In this document: piece by piece, positions 9,095 through 18,553 of the stretch
Layout of the letters: each line of letters begins with the position of its first letter
How positions within the stretch are numbered: position 1 is the stretch's first letter
Virus record (IMG/VR): IMGVR_UViG_3300037470_001039
Span: 31,572-95,571 of that record
Length of the DNA: 64,000 nucleotides
Strand: one strand, 5' to 3'
From: a virus
Translations under genes and position numbers: made by a program
The notes under the pieces: generated by a model
Seen by the model: only the letters and a program-made list of their open reading frames with translations
Databases searched by the model: none
Told to the model about the DNA's origin: nothing

Positions 9095-10369
9095 TCGAGC
9101 CCGTGGAGATCCGACGACCGGTCGGAGACCGTGCCCCCACGGCGCGGCTCTACTACGGGGCCGACTGTCGGGAGACCCTGCGCGGACTCCCGGAACGGTC
9201 TGTCCACTGCGTCGTCACGAGCCCTCCCTACTGGGGACTGCGCGACTACGGGGGCGCCGCACAGATCGGTCTCGAGGACAGTCCCGAGCAGTTCGTCGCT
9301 CAGCTCGTCGAGGTGTTCCGCGAGGTGCACAGGGTGCTCCGCGACGACGGCACCCTGTGGCTCAACCTCGGCGACAGCTACGTGCAGGCGCGAGGGCACG
9401 GACACTGGGAGAGCCGAGGAGGTAAGGGGGACGAGAAGGGGCAGAAGGTCGCGCAGCGGTGGGCCAAGATGGGCGCAGAGGACATCGGGCTCAAGCCGAA
9501 GGACCTCGTAGGGGTCCCGTGGATGGTGGCCTTCGCTCTGCGAGCCGACGGCTGGTACCTCCGGTCAGACATCATCTGGGCGAAGTCGAGCTGCATGCCC
9601 GAGAGCATCGGCGACCGCCCGACCAAGGCGCACGAGTACCTGTTCCTTCTGACCAAGCAGCCGCGGTACTTCTACGACGCCTACGCCATTCGAGAGCCGA
9701 TCACCACGAAGCCTCAGGGGCGCAAGACTACGGAGGCGTTCTCCGACACGAGTCGACCCGACCACCGCAAGGCGTCGATGAGCTACCGGTACGACGGGGT
9801 TCCTCCGGGCAACCCCGCCGGTCGTAACAAGAGGACGGTCTGGACCGTGAATCCAATCCCGTACCCGGGGGCCCACTTCGCCGTCTTCCCTCCGAAGCTC
9901 GTGGAGCCGTGCATCCTCGCGGGCACCTCGGAGAAGGGCTGCTGCCGAGAGTGTGGGGCCCCGTGGCGACGCGTCGTCGAGCGCGACGACGTGCGACCGA
10001 GCGACCGAGCGAGCGCGACGACGTGCGACCGAGCGACCGCGACGGGGGGGATGACGGTCGAACAGGGGTGGGAGCGCAGCGGCATGTCCCACTTCAAGTA
10101 CAACGAATGGCTCAAGGAGAACGCGCACGGTCGGATGGGTGCCTTCGTGCGACTGCGAGGCGGGTGACCCGGTGCCATGCACCGTGCTCGATTCCTTCAG
10201 CGGCTCGGCGACGACTGGCCTCGTGGCGTTCGACCACGGCCGCGACTACGTGGGCCTCGACCTCAACGCCGAGTATCTCGAACTCGGCCGCGCTCGGCTG
10301 CTCGGGGAACGGCCCCCGAAGCCCGGCGACGGAGATGACGACCGAGGCATATTGGAGTTTTTCGGATGA
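9091..10369 (+). pseudogene. beta-class amino (m4C/m6A) DNA methyltransferase, frameshifted near 10123
   Basis: GTG at 9091, VTSPPYW and HFAVFP motifs. The SAM-binding VLDSFSGSATTG is in the +1 frame (RTVGWVPSCDC...). The shift may be a sequencing error. Confidence 0.8.
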
Positions 10370-12834
10370 GCATCGAGCCTGTCGAGATTTGCAGACCCCT
10401 GGGGGACAAGCCCGCCACCGCCACGCTCCTGTACGGCGCGAGCTGCCTCGAGTCCCTTCGCGAGCTGCCGGAGGGGTCCGTCCACTGCATGGTCACGTCT
10501 CCGCCTTACTGGGGTCTCCGGGACTACGGGGGCGAGTCGCAGGTGTGGGGAGGCGACCCGGCCTGCGAGCACGGGTGGGGCGAGATGGGACCTCCCCACC
10601 ACCCGAACCAGGTCGAGCAGACCAAGTGGAAGACGGCCGAGGCCACGGGGAAAGGGCAGACCGCCGGCAGCGGTCAGTTTTGCCAGAAGTGCGACGCGTG
10701 GCTCGGCCAGTTCGGGCTCGAGCCTACGCCGCAGATGTACACGGAGCACCTCGTCGAGATCTTCCGCGAGATCCGCCGCGTGCTTCGAGACGACGGGACG
10801 TGTTGGCTGAACCTCGGAGACAGCTACGCGGGCGCCGGGCCGTTGGGGGCGAGTTACCAGTCCGAGACTACGAAGCGTCAAGCGGGGCAGCAGCACGACG
10901 GGAACTTCTCGCTCTCGAAGCGTCTCGGCGAGCGCGGGCTGACCTACAACGAGAAGAAGCCGGTGCCCCCGCCGGGCCTCAAGAGCAAGGACCTCGTGGG
11001 CGTACCGTGGCGAGCCGCCTTCGCGCTCCAGGACGACGGCTGGTACCTGCGGAGCGAAATTATTTGGTGCCTGAGCGGAGGCACTCGCGTCTACGCCCGG
11101 ACGAAACGGACTGAAAGTCCGATGATGATCCACGAACTCGTGCGTCTCAACCCGGCTGATGTCCAGCTCTGGAACGGAGAGAGGTGGACGCAGGTGCTCG
11201 GATGGTCGGAGACCCCACGCCCCGATGAGACTTTCGAGATCGAGCTCAGGAACGGAGAACGAATCGGGTGCACGGGGGGTCATGAATGGCCCACGCAACG
11301 AGGGATCGTGCGTGCCGATGAAATTCAAGAAGGTGACGTCATCGAGACTTGCCGCCTCCCCGCACCGCCGGAACTGCAGACTCCAGACCTGCTCCCGGAC
11401 GAGGAGATCGGTTGGTTCGTGGGCACCTACCTCGCCGACGGCAGCAAGGGCGATCACGACACGATTCTTCAGATCGCGAGTCACATGGACGAGGACCGCC
11501 GGTTCTCTCGTCTGTCGGACTTGGCCCGGTCCTACGGGGGGACCTGTGCACGCCACCAGACGTCCGAGAACGGTTGCATGATCAACCTCCATGGGCCCGT
11601 GCTTCACGGGATCGTGGAGCAGTACCTTCGCGGGCGCACGGCCAAGGACAAGCATCTCGATCCCCGTTGCTGGCGGCGCAGCGACGCGTTCCTTGAGGCG
11701 CTGATGCGAGGCTACCTCGCCGGAGACGGACACCACGACGACCCCAATTCCCGCTGGCGTCTCGGTTTTTGCCAAAACGACAGGCTGGCCGACGACCTGC
11801 GGACGGTGTGCGCCCGAATCGGCTGGTCGTGTCGTCTTCGTCGCTGTCAACACCAGATGGGGGATCGCAAGTTCGCCGGGTGGGGGGGCGACGTTAAAGT
11901 AGCCCGCGGGACCCACTGGAACGCGAAAGAGGACGGTGAGGTCGTGGCGATCCGGCGTTCGCGAGCACGCAAGTTCTGGGACATCGGGGTCGCAGACGAG
12001 CCCCATCTTTTCGCGTTGGCCTCTGGAGTCTTGACGCACAACAGCAAGCCCAACCCCCTTCCGGAAAGCGTGCGGGATCGAGTCACGCGGGCTCACGAGC
12101 ACATCTTCATGCTCACGAAGAAGGCGCGCTACTTCTACGATCACGACGCCATCAAGGAGCCGATGACGATGAAACCGCAGCGTCGCCTCACGGCGCGCAG
12201 CGGCGATCGTCACGACGCGATGCGTCACGACAAGAAGTACGACTACGACGTCAGCGACGAGCCGCACCAGCAGGGGCCCGCGAACGGGCGGAATAAGCGG
12301 TCTGTCTGGACCGTGACGCCCAGGCCCTATCGGGGCGCCCACTTTGCGGTGTTCCCTCCCGAGCTGATCGAGCCCTGCATCCTCGCGGGCACCTCGGAGA
12401 AGGGCTGCTGCCCGATGTGCGGCAACCCTTGGGAGCGCGTCGTGGAAACGGAGGGGGGCGGCATCGCCTACGAGGGCTCGGGGGAGAACGTCCAGGGTGA
12501 CCGCAAGGGGCTCGACCCGAAGAACTACGACCGGCTCAAGATCAAGGGGGCGAGCCGCGTCACCCCGATGTCGAGGTACCGCGTCGAGTGGAAGCCGACC
12601 TGCGGCTGTCCCGAGCACGAGCCGATCCCATGCAAGGTTCTCGATCCCTTCTCCGGGAGCGGCACGACGGGTGTCGTGTGCCTCGACAAGGGTCGCGACT
12701 ACGTGGGGCTCGACCTGAACCGGGAGTACTTGGAACTCGCTACGGCACGCCTCCTGGGCGAGGACGCGCCGAGTCGGTCCCGCGAGGACGAGGACGTCGG
12801 GATCTTGGAAATTCTGGGGGTAAAAGAGGGGTGA
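10366..12834 (+). CDS. beta-class amino DNA methyltransferase with intein
   Basis: VTSPPYW, HFAVFP and VLDPFSGSGTTG motifs. Paralog of 9091..10369. Confidence 0.92.
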   Translation: MSIEPVEICRPLGDKPATATLLYGASCLESLRELPEGSVHCMVTSPPYWGLRDYGGESQVWGGDPACEHGWGEMGPPHHPNQVEQTKWKTAEATGKGQTAGSGQFCQKCDAWLGQFGLEPTPQMYTEHLVEIFREIRRVLRDDGTCWLNLGDSYAGAGPLGASYQSETTKRQAGQQHDGNFSLSKRLGERGLTYNEKKPVPPPGLKSKDLVGVPWRAAFALQDDGWYLRSEIIWCLSGGTRVYARTKRTESPMMIHELVRLNPADVQLWNGERWTQVLGWSETPRPDETFEIELRNGERIGCTGGHEWPTQRGIVRADEIQEGDVIETCRLPAPPELQTPDLLPDEEIGWFVGTYLADGSKGDHDTILQIASHMDEDRRFSRLSDLARSYGGTCARHQTSENGCMINLHGPVLHGIVEQYLRGRTAKDKHLDPRCWRRSDAFLEALMRGYLAGDGHHDDPNSRWRLGFCQNDRLADDLRTVCARIGWSCRLRRCQHQMGDRKFAGWGGDVKVARGTHWNAKEDGEVVAIRRSRARKFWDIGVADEPHLFALASGVLTHNSKPNPLPESVRDRVTRAHEHIFMLTKKARYFYDHDAIKEPMTMKPQRRLTARSGDRHDAMRHDKKYDYDVSDEPHQQGPANGRNKRSVWTVTPRPYRGAHFAVFPPELIEPCILAGTSEKGCCPMCGNPWERVVETEGGGIAYEGSGENVQGDRKGLDPKNYDRLKIKGASRVTPMSRYRVEWKPTCGCPEHEPIPCKVLDPFSGSGTTGVVCLDKGRDYVGLDLNREYLELATARLLGEDAPSRSREDEDVGILEILGVKEG
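11068..12042 (+). mobile_element. intein with LAGLIDADG endonuclease in the methyltransferase
   Basis: IIW|CLSGGT...ASGVLTHN|SKPNP, with FVGTYLADGS and LMRGYLAGDG blocks. Confidence 0.9.
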
Positions 12835-13781
12835 AGCGGCCCTACGCAGACCCCGACTGCCCCAAGTGCAAGGGCGACGGGTGGCTCTACGCCAGGTCCA
12901 TGATCACGCTACCCGGCGACCGCGGCGGACGGGACTGCGACTGCACCCTCGACCACCATCGACGCGCGAACATGGAGCGCGTATGGCCGTCGCTGTCTGG
13001 CGCCAAGGAGGCGACGGGGCTCCGCGAACCGTGCCCTCTTCTCGGGCTCGTCAAGCGCAATCTGTGGATCACGGCCAAGGAGAACGTCTTCCGCGCCCAC
13101 CTCAAGGCGGTCTGCTACCGCAAGCACCATCTGTGGGACGCCAAGGTGTGGTCGGACAAGGATCTCGTGAAAGCGTGGCTGAACACCGCCTACGCACAGG
13201 GCCACAAGGTCTACGACACCGAGCTCGACAATGTGCGCGTGACGGCCATGTACATCGACGAACTCGTTGAGTCCTATGAACTCGTCGTCTTCGTCCTCGG
13301 CGTGAAGGAGGCTCCGAACAAGGAGACCCCCTCCGTGCTCCTCGAGGCCATCAAGACGCGACGTCACTTGGGGCGTTCGTCGTGGGTCGTCGACCAGCCG
13401 CAGCGTCCTCTGATGACTCCCGAACACCGGGCGTACAGCGAAGCACTTGAGGGGATGCTGAAGCACTGGCCCCACATCCACATCACCGGCTCGGGTTCCC
13501 TCAAGATCGTGGGAGGCTCGGTGCACGAGTCCGATACGGTCTCGGACGTCGATCCCGACGATCCCGTCGAAGAGGACGAGGCGTCGGCCGAGATCAACAA
13601 AGCGCTCTCGAATCTCGACGAGGAGGGCGAGGAGGGCGAGGACGACGTTGTCGTTTCAGCCAGCATGCGGAGTTTCTTGAACCAGATGGCGCAGAACGAG
13701 GAGGTGCAGGAGGAACAGGCGCGTCGCAAGATGTTCAAGAAACGGTCGAGCAAGAAGCCCCCGCGGGGAGGACGCAAGTGA
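12831..13781 (+). CDS. DnaC/IstB-like helicase-loader homolog with degenerate ATPase motifs
   Basis: GTG at 12831. N-terminal CPKCKGDGW...CDC, then NLWIT...HLKA and ELVVFVLG...LLEAIKTR follow the DnaC layout. Directly upstream of dnaB. Confidence 0.55.
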   Translation: MKRPYADPDCPKCKGDGWLYARSMITLPGDRGGRDCDCTLDHHRRANMERVWPSLSGAKEATGLREPCPLLGLVKRNLWITAKENVFRAHLKAVCYRKHHLWDAKVWSDKDLVKAWLNTAYAQGHKVYDTELDNVRVTAMYIDELVESYELVVFVLGVKEAPNKETPSVLLEAIKTRRHLGRSSWVVDQPQRPLMTPEHRAYSEALEGMLKHWPHIHITGSGSLKIVGGSVHESDTVSDVDPDDPVEEDEASAEINKALSNLDEEGEEGEDDVVVSASMRSFLNQMAQNEEVQEEQARRKMFKKRSSKKPPRGGRK

Positions 13782-16642
13782 AGAATCTGCTTCGTTCCTG
13801 TTTCATCGCAGCGCCTACCGACAGCGAGCCGCTGTGCTCCCAGAACTACCACGCGATGGTGGAGTCTGGTCTCGGGTTCGACACGCCCGAGGACGTCATC
13901 ATCTGGACCTTCCTCCAGGACTTCTTCAAGACCTACGGGCACGTCCCGAACGTCCAGACGATGCGTCAGCACTTCACGTCGGTGCAGGAGGCCGACGTCG
14001 TCGATCGTCTCGAGCGCGTCGCCATGATCAAGCCCCGCACCCGGGGCGACTTCCTGACCTACCTCGAAGAGAAGGCGAAGGACCGACGCAACCGCGTCAC
14101 GATCGACCTCTTCAAGGAGGCCGCGAAGATCATCTCGACGGGTGTCGAGATCAAGGACCCGCGCGGGAACACCACGAAGCTGCTCGGGGCCCTCGACGCC
14201 ATCCGGTACGTCCTCGACGGCAGCCACGGCATCGTCGCGCCGACGCTCGGCAGCAAACTCTCGGGCAACCTGACGCAGGACGGCGAGGACTTCCTGAGCC
14301 GTTACGACAGAGTCAAGGCGGACCCACGCTACGGCGTCGGCCAGTACTGCGGCATCAGCCAGATCGACGCCGCCCTTAAGGGCGCGAAACGGTACGAGCT
14401 GTGGATTCACGCCGGCTTCACCGGGTCGATGAAGTCCACGTTCGCGTTGCACTGGGCCTACGTGCAGGCGGTCTACTTCGGCTTCTCGGCGGTCTACTTT
14501 TCGCTCGAGATGCCCTACGTGCAGTGCCGCAACATCATCTACACGATGCACACGGCCCACGAGGATTTCGCGGAGATCCGCGAACAGCTCGGCATCGAAG
14601 GGATCGGACTCGACTACGAGAAGGTCCGCGACGGCACTCTGTCCCCCAACGAGGAGAAGTTCCTCAAGGAGTACGTCGTCCCCGACCTCGGCGGCCGGTC
14701 CACGGTGCCGCACGGCGGCCCGTACAGCCTCAAGGCCGAGGAGTACGGGTCGATCCATCTTGAGGTCGCGGACCCGGACAAGTCGGACTTCACCATCGCC
14801 GACCTCCGCAGCCGGGCCGAGCTCATCTTCTCGAAGACGCCCTTCGCGATGATCGTCGTGGACCACGCTGGCCTCATGAGCGCGCGCGGTCGCTACTCCA
14901 ACACGACGGAGAAACTCAACGAGGTCGTCCGCGATCTCAAGCGCCTCGCCATGTCGTTCAACCGCGGCATGGGTCTTGCGGTTCTCTGCCTTTTCCAGAT
15001 CAGCCGAGAGGGATACAGGGCCGCCGAAAAGAACGGGGGCCGCTACAACCTCACCCACCTCAGCTACGCGAATGAGTGCGCGGTTCGCGCCACCGCGGTA
15101 CTCACGGACGCGGGAATCGCGCCCATCGAGCAGATCGAGCCTGGAACTCGCGTGTGGAGCCGTTCTGGGTGGAAACAAGTTCTTCACAGATTCGACCAAG
15201 GCAAGCGTCGGGTCTGGCGGGTGACCACGGACCGAGGGGACATCCTCGAAGTCACCGGCAACCACCGAGTGCGTATCCTTCGGGATGGCGACATTGGCTG
15301 GTGTCGCGTGAGAAGCCTAAAGCCCGGAGACTGCGTACTCTCCACGCGAGGGGACTATCCGTGGGCGTCCAAGACGCCCCGACTGCCCAAAGGAGGGCGC
15401 CCTTCGACGCACCTCACGGAGGCTTTGGCCTATCTGCTTGGGGCATGGGACGGGGACGGGAAAATTCGTCCCGACAAGATCGCGTTCACGGGGAACCGTA
15501 ACGAGAAAACGCTGCGGCGTCGCCTCCTGACGACGTTCTCCTCCGTGTTCGGAGAGGACCTGTTGAGGTATCTGTTCCCGAGCCGTCCGGGATCTTTCGA
15601 TGACGAATCAAGAGCCCACCGAGAGCGCACGAAGTGGTTCGAGCAGCTCGCAGGACAACGCGGTGTGCAGGTTCCAGAGATCATCCTGCGGTCGCCTGCC
15701 CGCTTCGTGATCTCCTACCTGCGTGGCCTGTGGGACACCGACGGTTGGATCAACTCGCAGAACATCGTGGGCCTCAAGATGAAGTCACGGGAGTTCCTCG
15801 CTCAGGTCCAGATGCTGATGACGCACCTCGGCTACGAGACCAAGCTGGTACGCACGGACACCTTCCTGCGGAAGACTGGAAAATCATACGAAGGATGGAC
15901 GCTGCGTCTGCTCGGATACGAGTCCCGTCTCCAGTTCAGCGAGGAGATCGGTTTCACGGAACCATGGAAAAAGCGGCGTCTGACGGCCTCGGTGCAGCAG
16001 GCGCCGCAACGCAAAACGACCGACCAAACCTACCCGGTTCCTGAAATCTACCTGGGACTTTACGACGACCACACTCCTTACCGTCTCATCGCCGAGGGAC
16101 GACTGCCGAAGTCGCATTACAACGCGATGCGAAAAGTTCGGGAAACGGGCCTCGTATGTCGTCAAGCTGCGCAGTCCATGCTGGCTTTCCTCGATGACGA
16201 GGGCATCACGGATCCTCGCGCAGAGGCGCTCCGGCATCTACTTGCTCTCCAAGTGTGTCGTGTGGAATCTGTCGAACGTACTGAGCGCGTCGAAGAGGTC
16301 TACGACCTGGAGGTGGACGGTGACCACGAATTCCAGACGGGACCCCTCCTGTCGCACAACTGCGAGCGGTCGGCCGACATCGTGACGGCGGCGTGGATCG
16401 ACGAAGCGCTTCGCAGCATTGACAAGCTCATCTTCCAGTGCCTCAAGTCACGCGACCAAGCTCCCTTCGAGCGCGTCCCAGTGCGGGTAGCATTCACGTG
16501 TCGTCGTCTTCTGACGGACGACACCCCTATGTCCGAGGTTGACGCCGAGATTCAGCATAAGAAGGGCGGCGAAGACGAGGATCAGAAGCAATGGCGCAAG
16601 CGGACCAAGAAGCAGCAGGAAACCCCTGACCTGGAGTTGTGA
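13778..16642 (+). CDS. dnaB: DnaB-like replicative helicase with intein
   Basis: AGFTGSMKST (Walker A), YFSLEM, IVVDHAGLM, FQISRE, E/CERSAD and KSRD motifs. Confidence 0.9.
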   Translation: MKNLLRSCFIAAPTDSEPLCSQNYHAMVESGLGFDTPEDVIIWTFLQDFFKTYGHVPNVQTMRQHFTSVQEADVVDRLERVAMIKPRTRGDFLTYLEEKAKDRRNRVTIDLFKEAAKIISTGVEIKDPRGNTTKLLGALDAIRYVLDGSHGIVAPTLGSKLSGNLTQDGEDFLSRYDRVKADPRYGVGQYCGISQIDAALKGAKRYELWIHAGFTGSMKSTFALHWAYVQAVYFGFSAVYFSLEMPYVQCRNIIYTMHTAHEDFAEIREQLGIEGIGLDYEKVRDGTLSPNEEKFLKEYVVPDLGGRSTVPHGGPYSLKAEEYGSIHLEVADPDKSDFTIADLRSRAELIFSKTPFAMIVVDHAGLMSARGRYSNTTEKLNEVVRDLKRLAMSFNRGMGLAVLCLFQISREGYRAAEKNGGRYNLTHLSYANECAVRATAVLTDAGIAPIEQIEPGTRVWSRSGWKQVLHRFDQGKRRVWRVTTDRGDILEVTGNHRVRILRDGDIGWCRVRSLKPGDCVLSTRGDYPWASKTPRLPKGGRPSTHLTEALAYLLGAWDGDGKIRPDKIAFTGNRNEKTLRRRLLTTFSSVFGEDLLRYLFPSRPGSFDDESRAHRERTKWFEQLAGQRGVQVPEIILRSPARFVISYLRGLWDTDGWINSQNIVGLKMKSREFLAQVQMLMTHLGYETKLVRTDTFLRKTGKSYEGWTLRLLGYESRLQFSEEIGFTEPWKKRRLTASVQQAPQRKTTDQTYPVPEIYLGLYDDHTPYRLIAEGRLPKSHYNAMRKVRETGLVCRQAAQSMLAFLDDEGITDPRAEALRHLLALQVCRVESVERTERVEEVYDLEVDGDHEFQTGPLLSHNCERSADIVTAAWIDEALRSIDKLIFQCLKSRDQAPFERVPVRVAFTCRRLLTDDTPMSEVDAEIQHKKGGEDEDQKQWRKRTKKQQETPDLEL
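15077..16360 (+). mobile_element. intein with LAGLIDADG endonuclease in DnaB
   Basis: YANE|CAVRAT...GPLLSHN|CERSAD, with LLGAWDGDG and YLRGLWDTDG blocks. Confidence 0.9.
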
Positions 16643-17235
16643 TGGCGCTGCTGATCCGACTCTGGCAGGGCAACTGCCTCGACCACCTCCGAGACCTGCC
16701 TGACGCGTCCGTGGACGCTTTCGTGGGGGATCCTCCTTACGATCTGTGTTTCATGGCAAAGGAGTGGGACGACAACGACGTCCTGCGCAACGACAAGATC
16801 TGGCGCGAGTGCCTCCGCACCCTCATCCCGGGCGGCATACTCAAGCAGTTCTCGGCCCCGCGCACCTACCATCGCCTGTGCAAGACCCTTGAGACGGTGG
16901 GTTTCCTCGACGTTAAATTGCATGCTTGGGTGCACGGGCAGGGATTCCCCAAAGGGAAAAACATCAGCGCAGCCATCGACAAAATGCTAGGAGTTGAACG
17001 AGAAATTGTAGGCTATAAACGGGGAGTGGAAGGAGAAAACCTGAACGACATCGTTCATGGGCGGAAGGTCCGGCAGACGACGGATCAGGGCGGAAAAGGC
17101 GCCAAACAAGTCGCTGTCGACGTTCCCATCACTGTTCCCACAACGGAGTTAGCAAAGCTATGGCAGGGGTACAACGTGGCGCTGAAACCCGCGTGGGAGC
17201 CTGTCGTGGTCGCGAGGAAATTTGATGCCGGTTGA
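16639..17235 (+). CDS. N-terminal (DPPY) half of a DNA methyltransferase
   Basis: GNCLDHL...VGDPPY...GQGFPK...ALKPAWEPVVVARK. No FxGxG motif. Confidence 0.8.
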   Translation: MMALLIRLWQGNCLDHLRDLPDASVDAFVGDPPYDLCFMAKEWDDNDVLRNDKIWRECLRTLIPGGILKQFSAPRTYHRLCKTLETVGFLDVKLHAWVHGQGFPKGKNISAAIDKMLGVEREIVGYKRGVEGENLNDIVHGRKVRQTTDQGGKGAKQVAVDVPITVPTTELAKLWQGYNVALKPAWEPVVVARKFDAG

Positions 17236-17878
17236 ATGCACCTGCGAACACTGCGGCGCCCGTCTTCTACGTTCGCCGTCCCACGTTCGTGGGCGCGTGT
17301 TCTGCAGTCGAGACTGTCGTTCGCAGGCGGCTCACCCCACGCGGATTTGTGAGGGGTGCGGCACCGGTTTCCCGCGGGATCCCAAGCAACCGGAGGCGCG
17401 TCACTGCTCTTGGGACTGCTACAGGGGATCTCGATTCGTGGAGGAGGTCTGCCACGTCTGCGAGAAGACGTTCCAAGGGTATCTGAGTGAGAGACGCAAA
17501 CGGCAGCAACGGCGTCACGTCACCTGCTGTTCTCGGTCGTGTCGCAACGTCTACACCTCCCTCTTGTTGGGGGGTGACGGGACGTGGGTGCTCGGTGGTC
17601 GCTACAACAAGAAACGAGATCGAGGCTGGCCGTGGAGAAAGGTGCGGCTACGGTACCTTCACTTCGTCAACTTTACCTGCGAAGGCTGCGGGGAAGAGGC
17701 GACGACAGTCCACCATCTCCATCAAACGGCTGCCGGCGGTGCTGTCCTGGACCCGACCAACCTGATGGCCGTGTGTAAAGACTGCCACGACAACATGCAC
17801 GAACAACTCAACGAGGGCGCGTTCTGGTGTTCTTTCGAGGGGCTGGGGTTCGACCGGACGTTGGCGGAGGTAACCTGA
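17222..17878 (+). CDS. HNH endonuclease with tandem zinc-ribbon repeats
   Basis: Three CxxC...CSxxC repeats, then CEGCG...VHH...NLMAVCKDCH. Confidence 0.85.
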   Translation: MMPVECTCEHCGARLLRSPSHVRGRVFCSRDCRSQAAHPTRICEGCGTGFPRDPKQPEARHCSWDCYRGSRFVEEVCHVCEKTFQGYLSERRKRQQRRHVTCCSRSCRNVYTSLLLGGDGTWVLGGRYNKKRDRGWPWRKVRLRYLHFVNFTCEGCGEEATTVHHLHQTAAGGAVLDPTNLMAVCKDCHDNMHEQLNEGAFWCSFEGLGFDRTLAEVT

Positions 17879-17881
17879 TAC

Positions 17882-18544
17882 ATGAAGAACCGACGCGAAT
17901 TCCTCCAGATGCTCGGGGTCGGCGGCGCAGGCCTGGTCTTGGCGACGAACGCGGCCGCGAACCCGATCGTCCCGCTGTTCTCCGGGCGCGAATCGAAAAT
18001 CTGGACGCCGGAGCACACGAGCCTGACGCGGAGTCATCTCGTCCTCACGCGCCCCCAAGGTGCTCCCTTTGCGTTCCCAAGTACGAGGGGCATGCTGCTC
18101 ACCCCCTCGGATGAAGATCTCAACATCCCCTCGGTGAAGGTGCTTCTACATCCTGAGCAAGATCCTCATGAAGCGTTCTACAAGGCTGCGACGGAGATGC
18201 GAAGGAGTTTCTCTGAACAGTCCCTGCAGAGGTTTGCCGGGATCCCGGAGTGGAAACGACGCGATGCCGTCCTGATCACGCTGGTGGACACGGAAATTTT
18301 CGCAGGTTCTCTGGAGACGAGCGACGAGGGGTTCTATCTCGAGGTCAGCTACACCCCCTACCACGTCAGCAGTCCTGATCTGGAGAGCCTCAACCTCAAC
18401 GGGTGGGGGGTCTACTCGGAGAATGGCGAGTACCCGATCGAGGTCCCGTCTGAGATCGACATGGATCGCTTGCTCAGTGTCGACTGCCGTATCGTGTGCG
18501 GGGAGATGACCACCAGCACCCTCGGCGGCGTGCTCGTCGGATAA
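17882..18544 (+). CDS. hypothetical protein with twin-arginine-like N-terminus
   Basis: MKNRREFLQMLGVGGAGLVLATNAAA. Confidence 0.65.
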   Translation: MKNRREFLQMLGVGGAGLVLATNAAANPIVPLFSGRESKIWTPEHTSLTRSHLVLTRPQGAPFAFPSTRGMLLTPSDEDLNIPSVKVLLHPEQDPHEAFYKAATEMRRSFSEQSLQRFAGIPEWKRRDAVLITLVDTEIFAGSLETSDEGFYLEVSYTPYHVSSPDLESLNLNGWGVYSENGEYPIEVPSEIDMDRLLSVDCRIVCGEMTTSTLGGVLVG

Positions 18545-18553
18545 CAGACCCGC

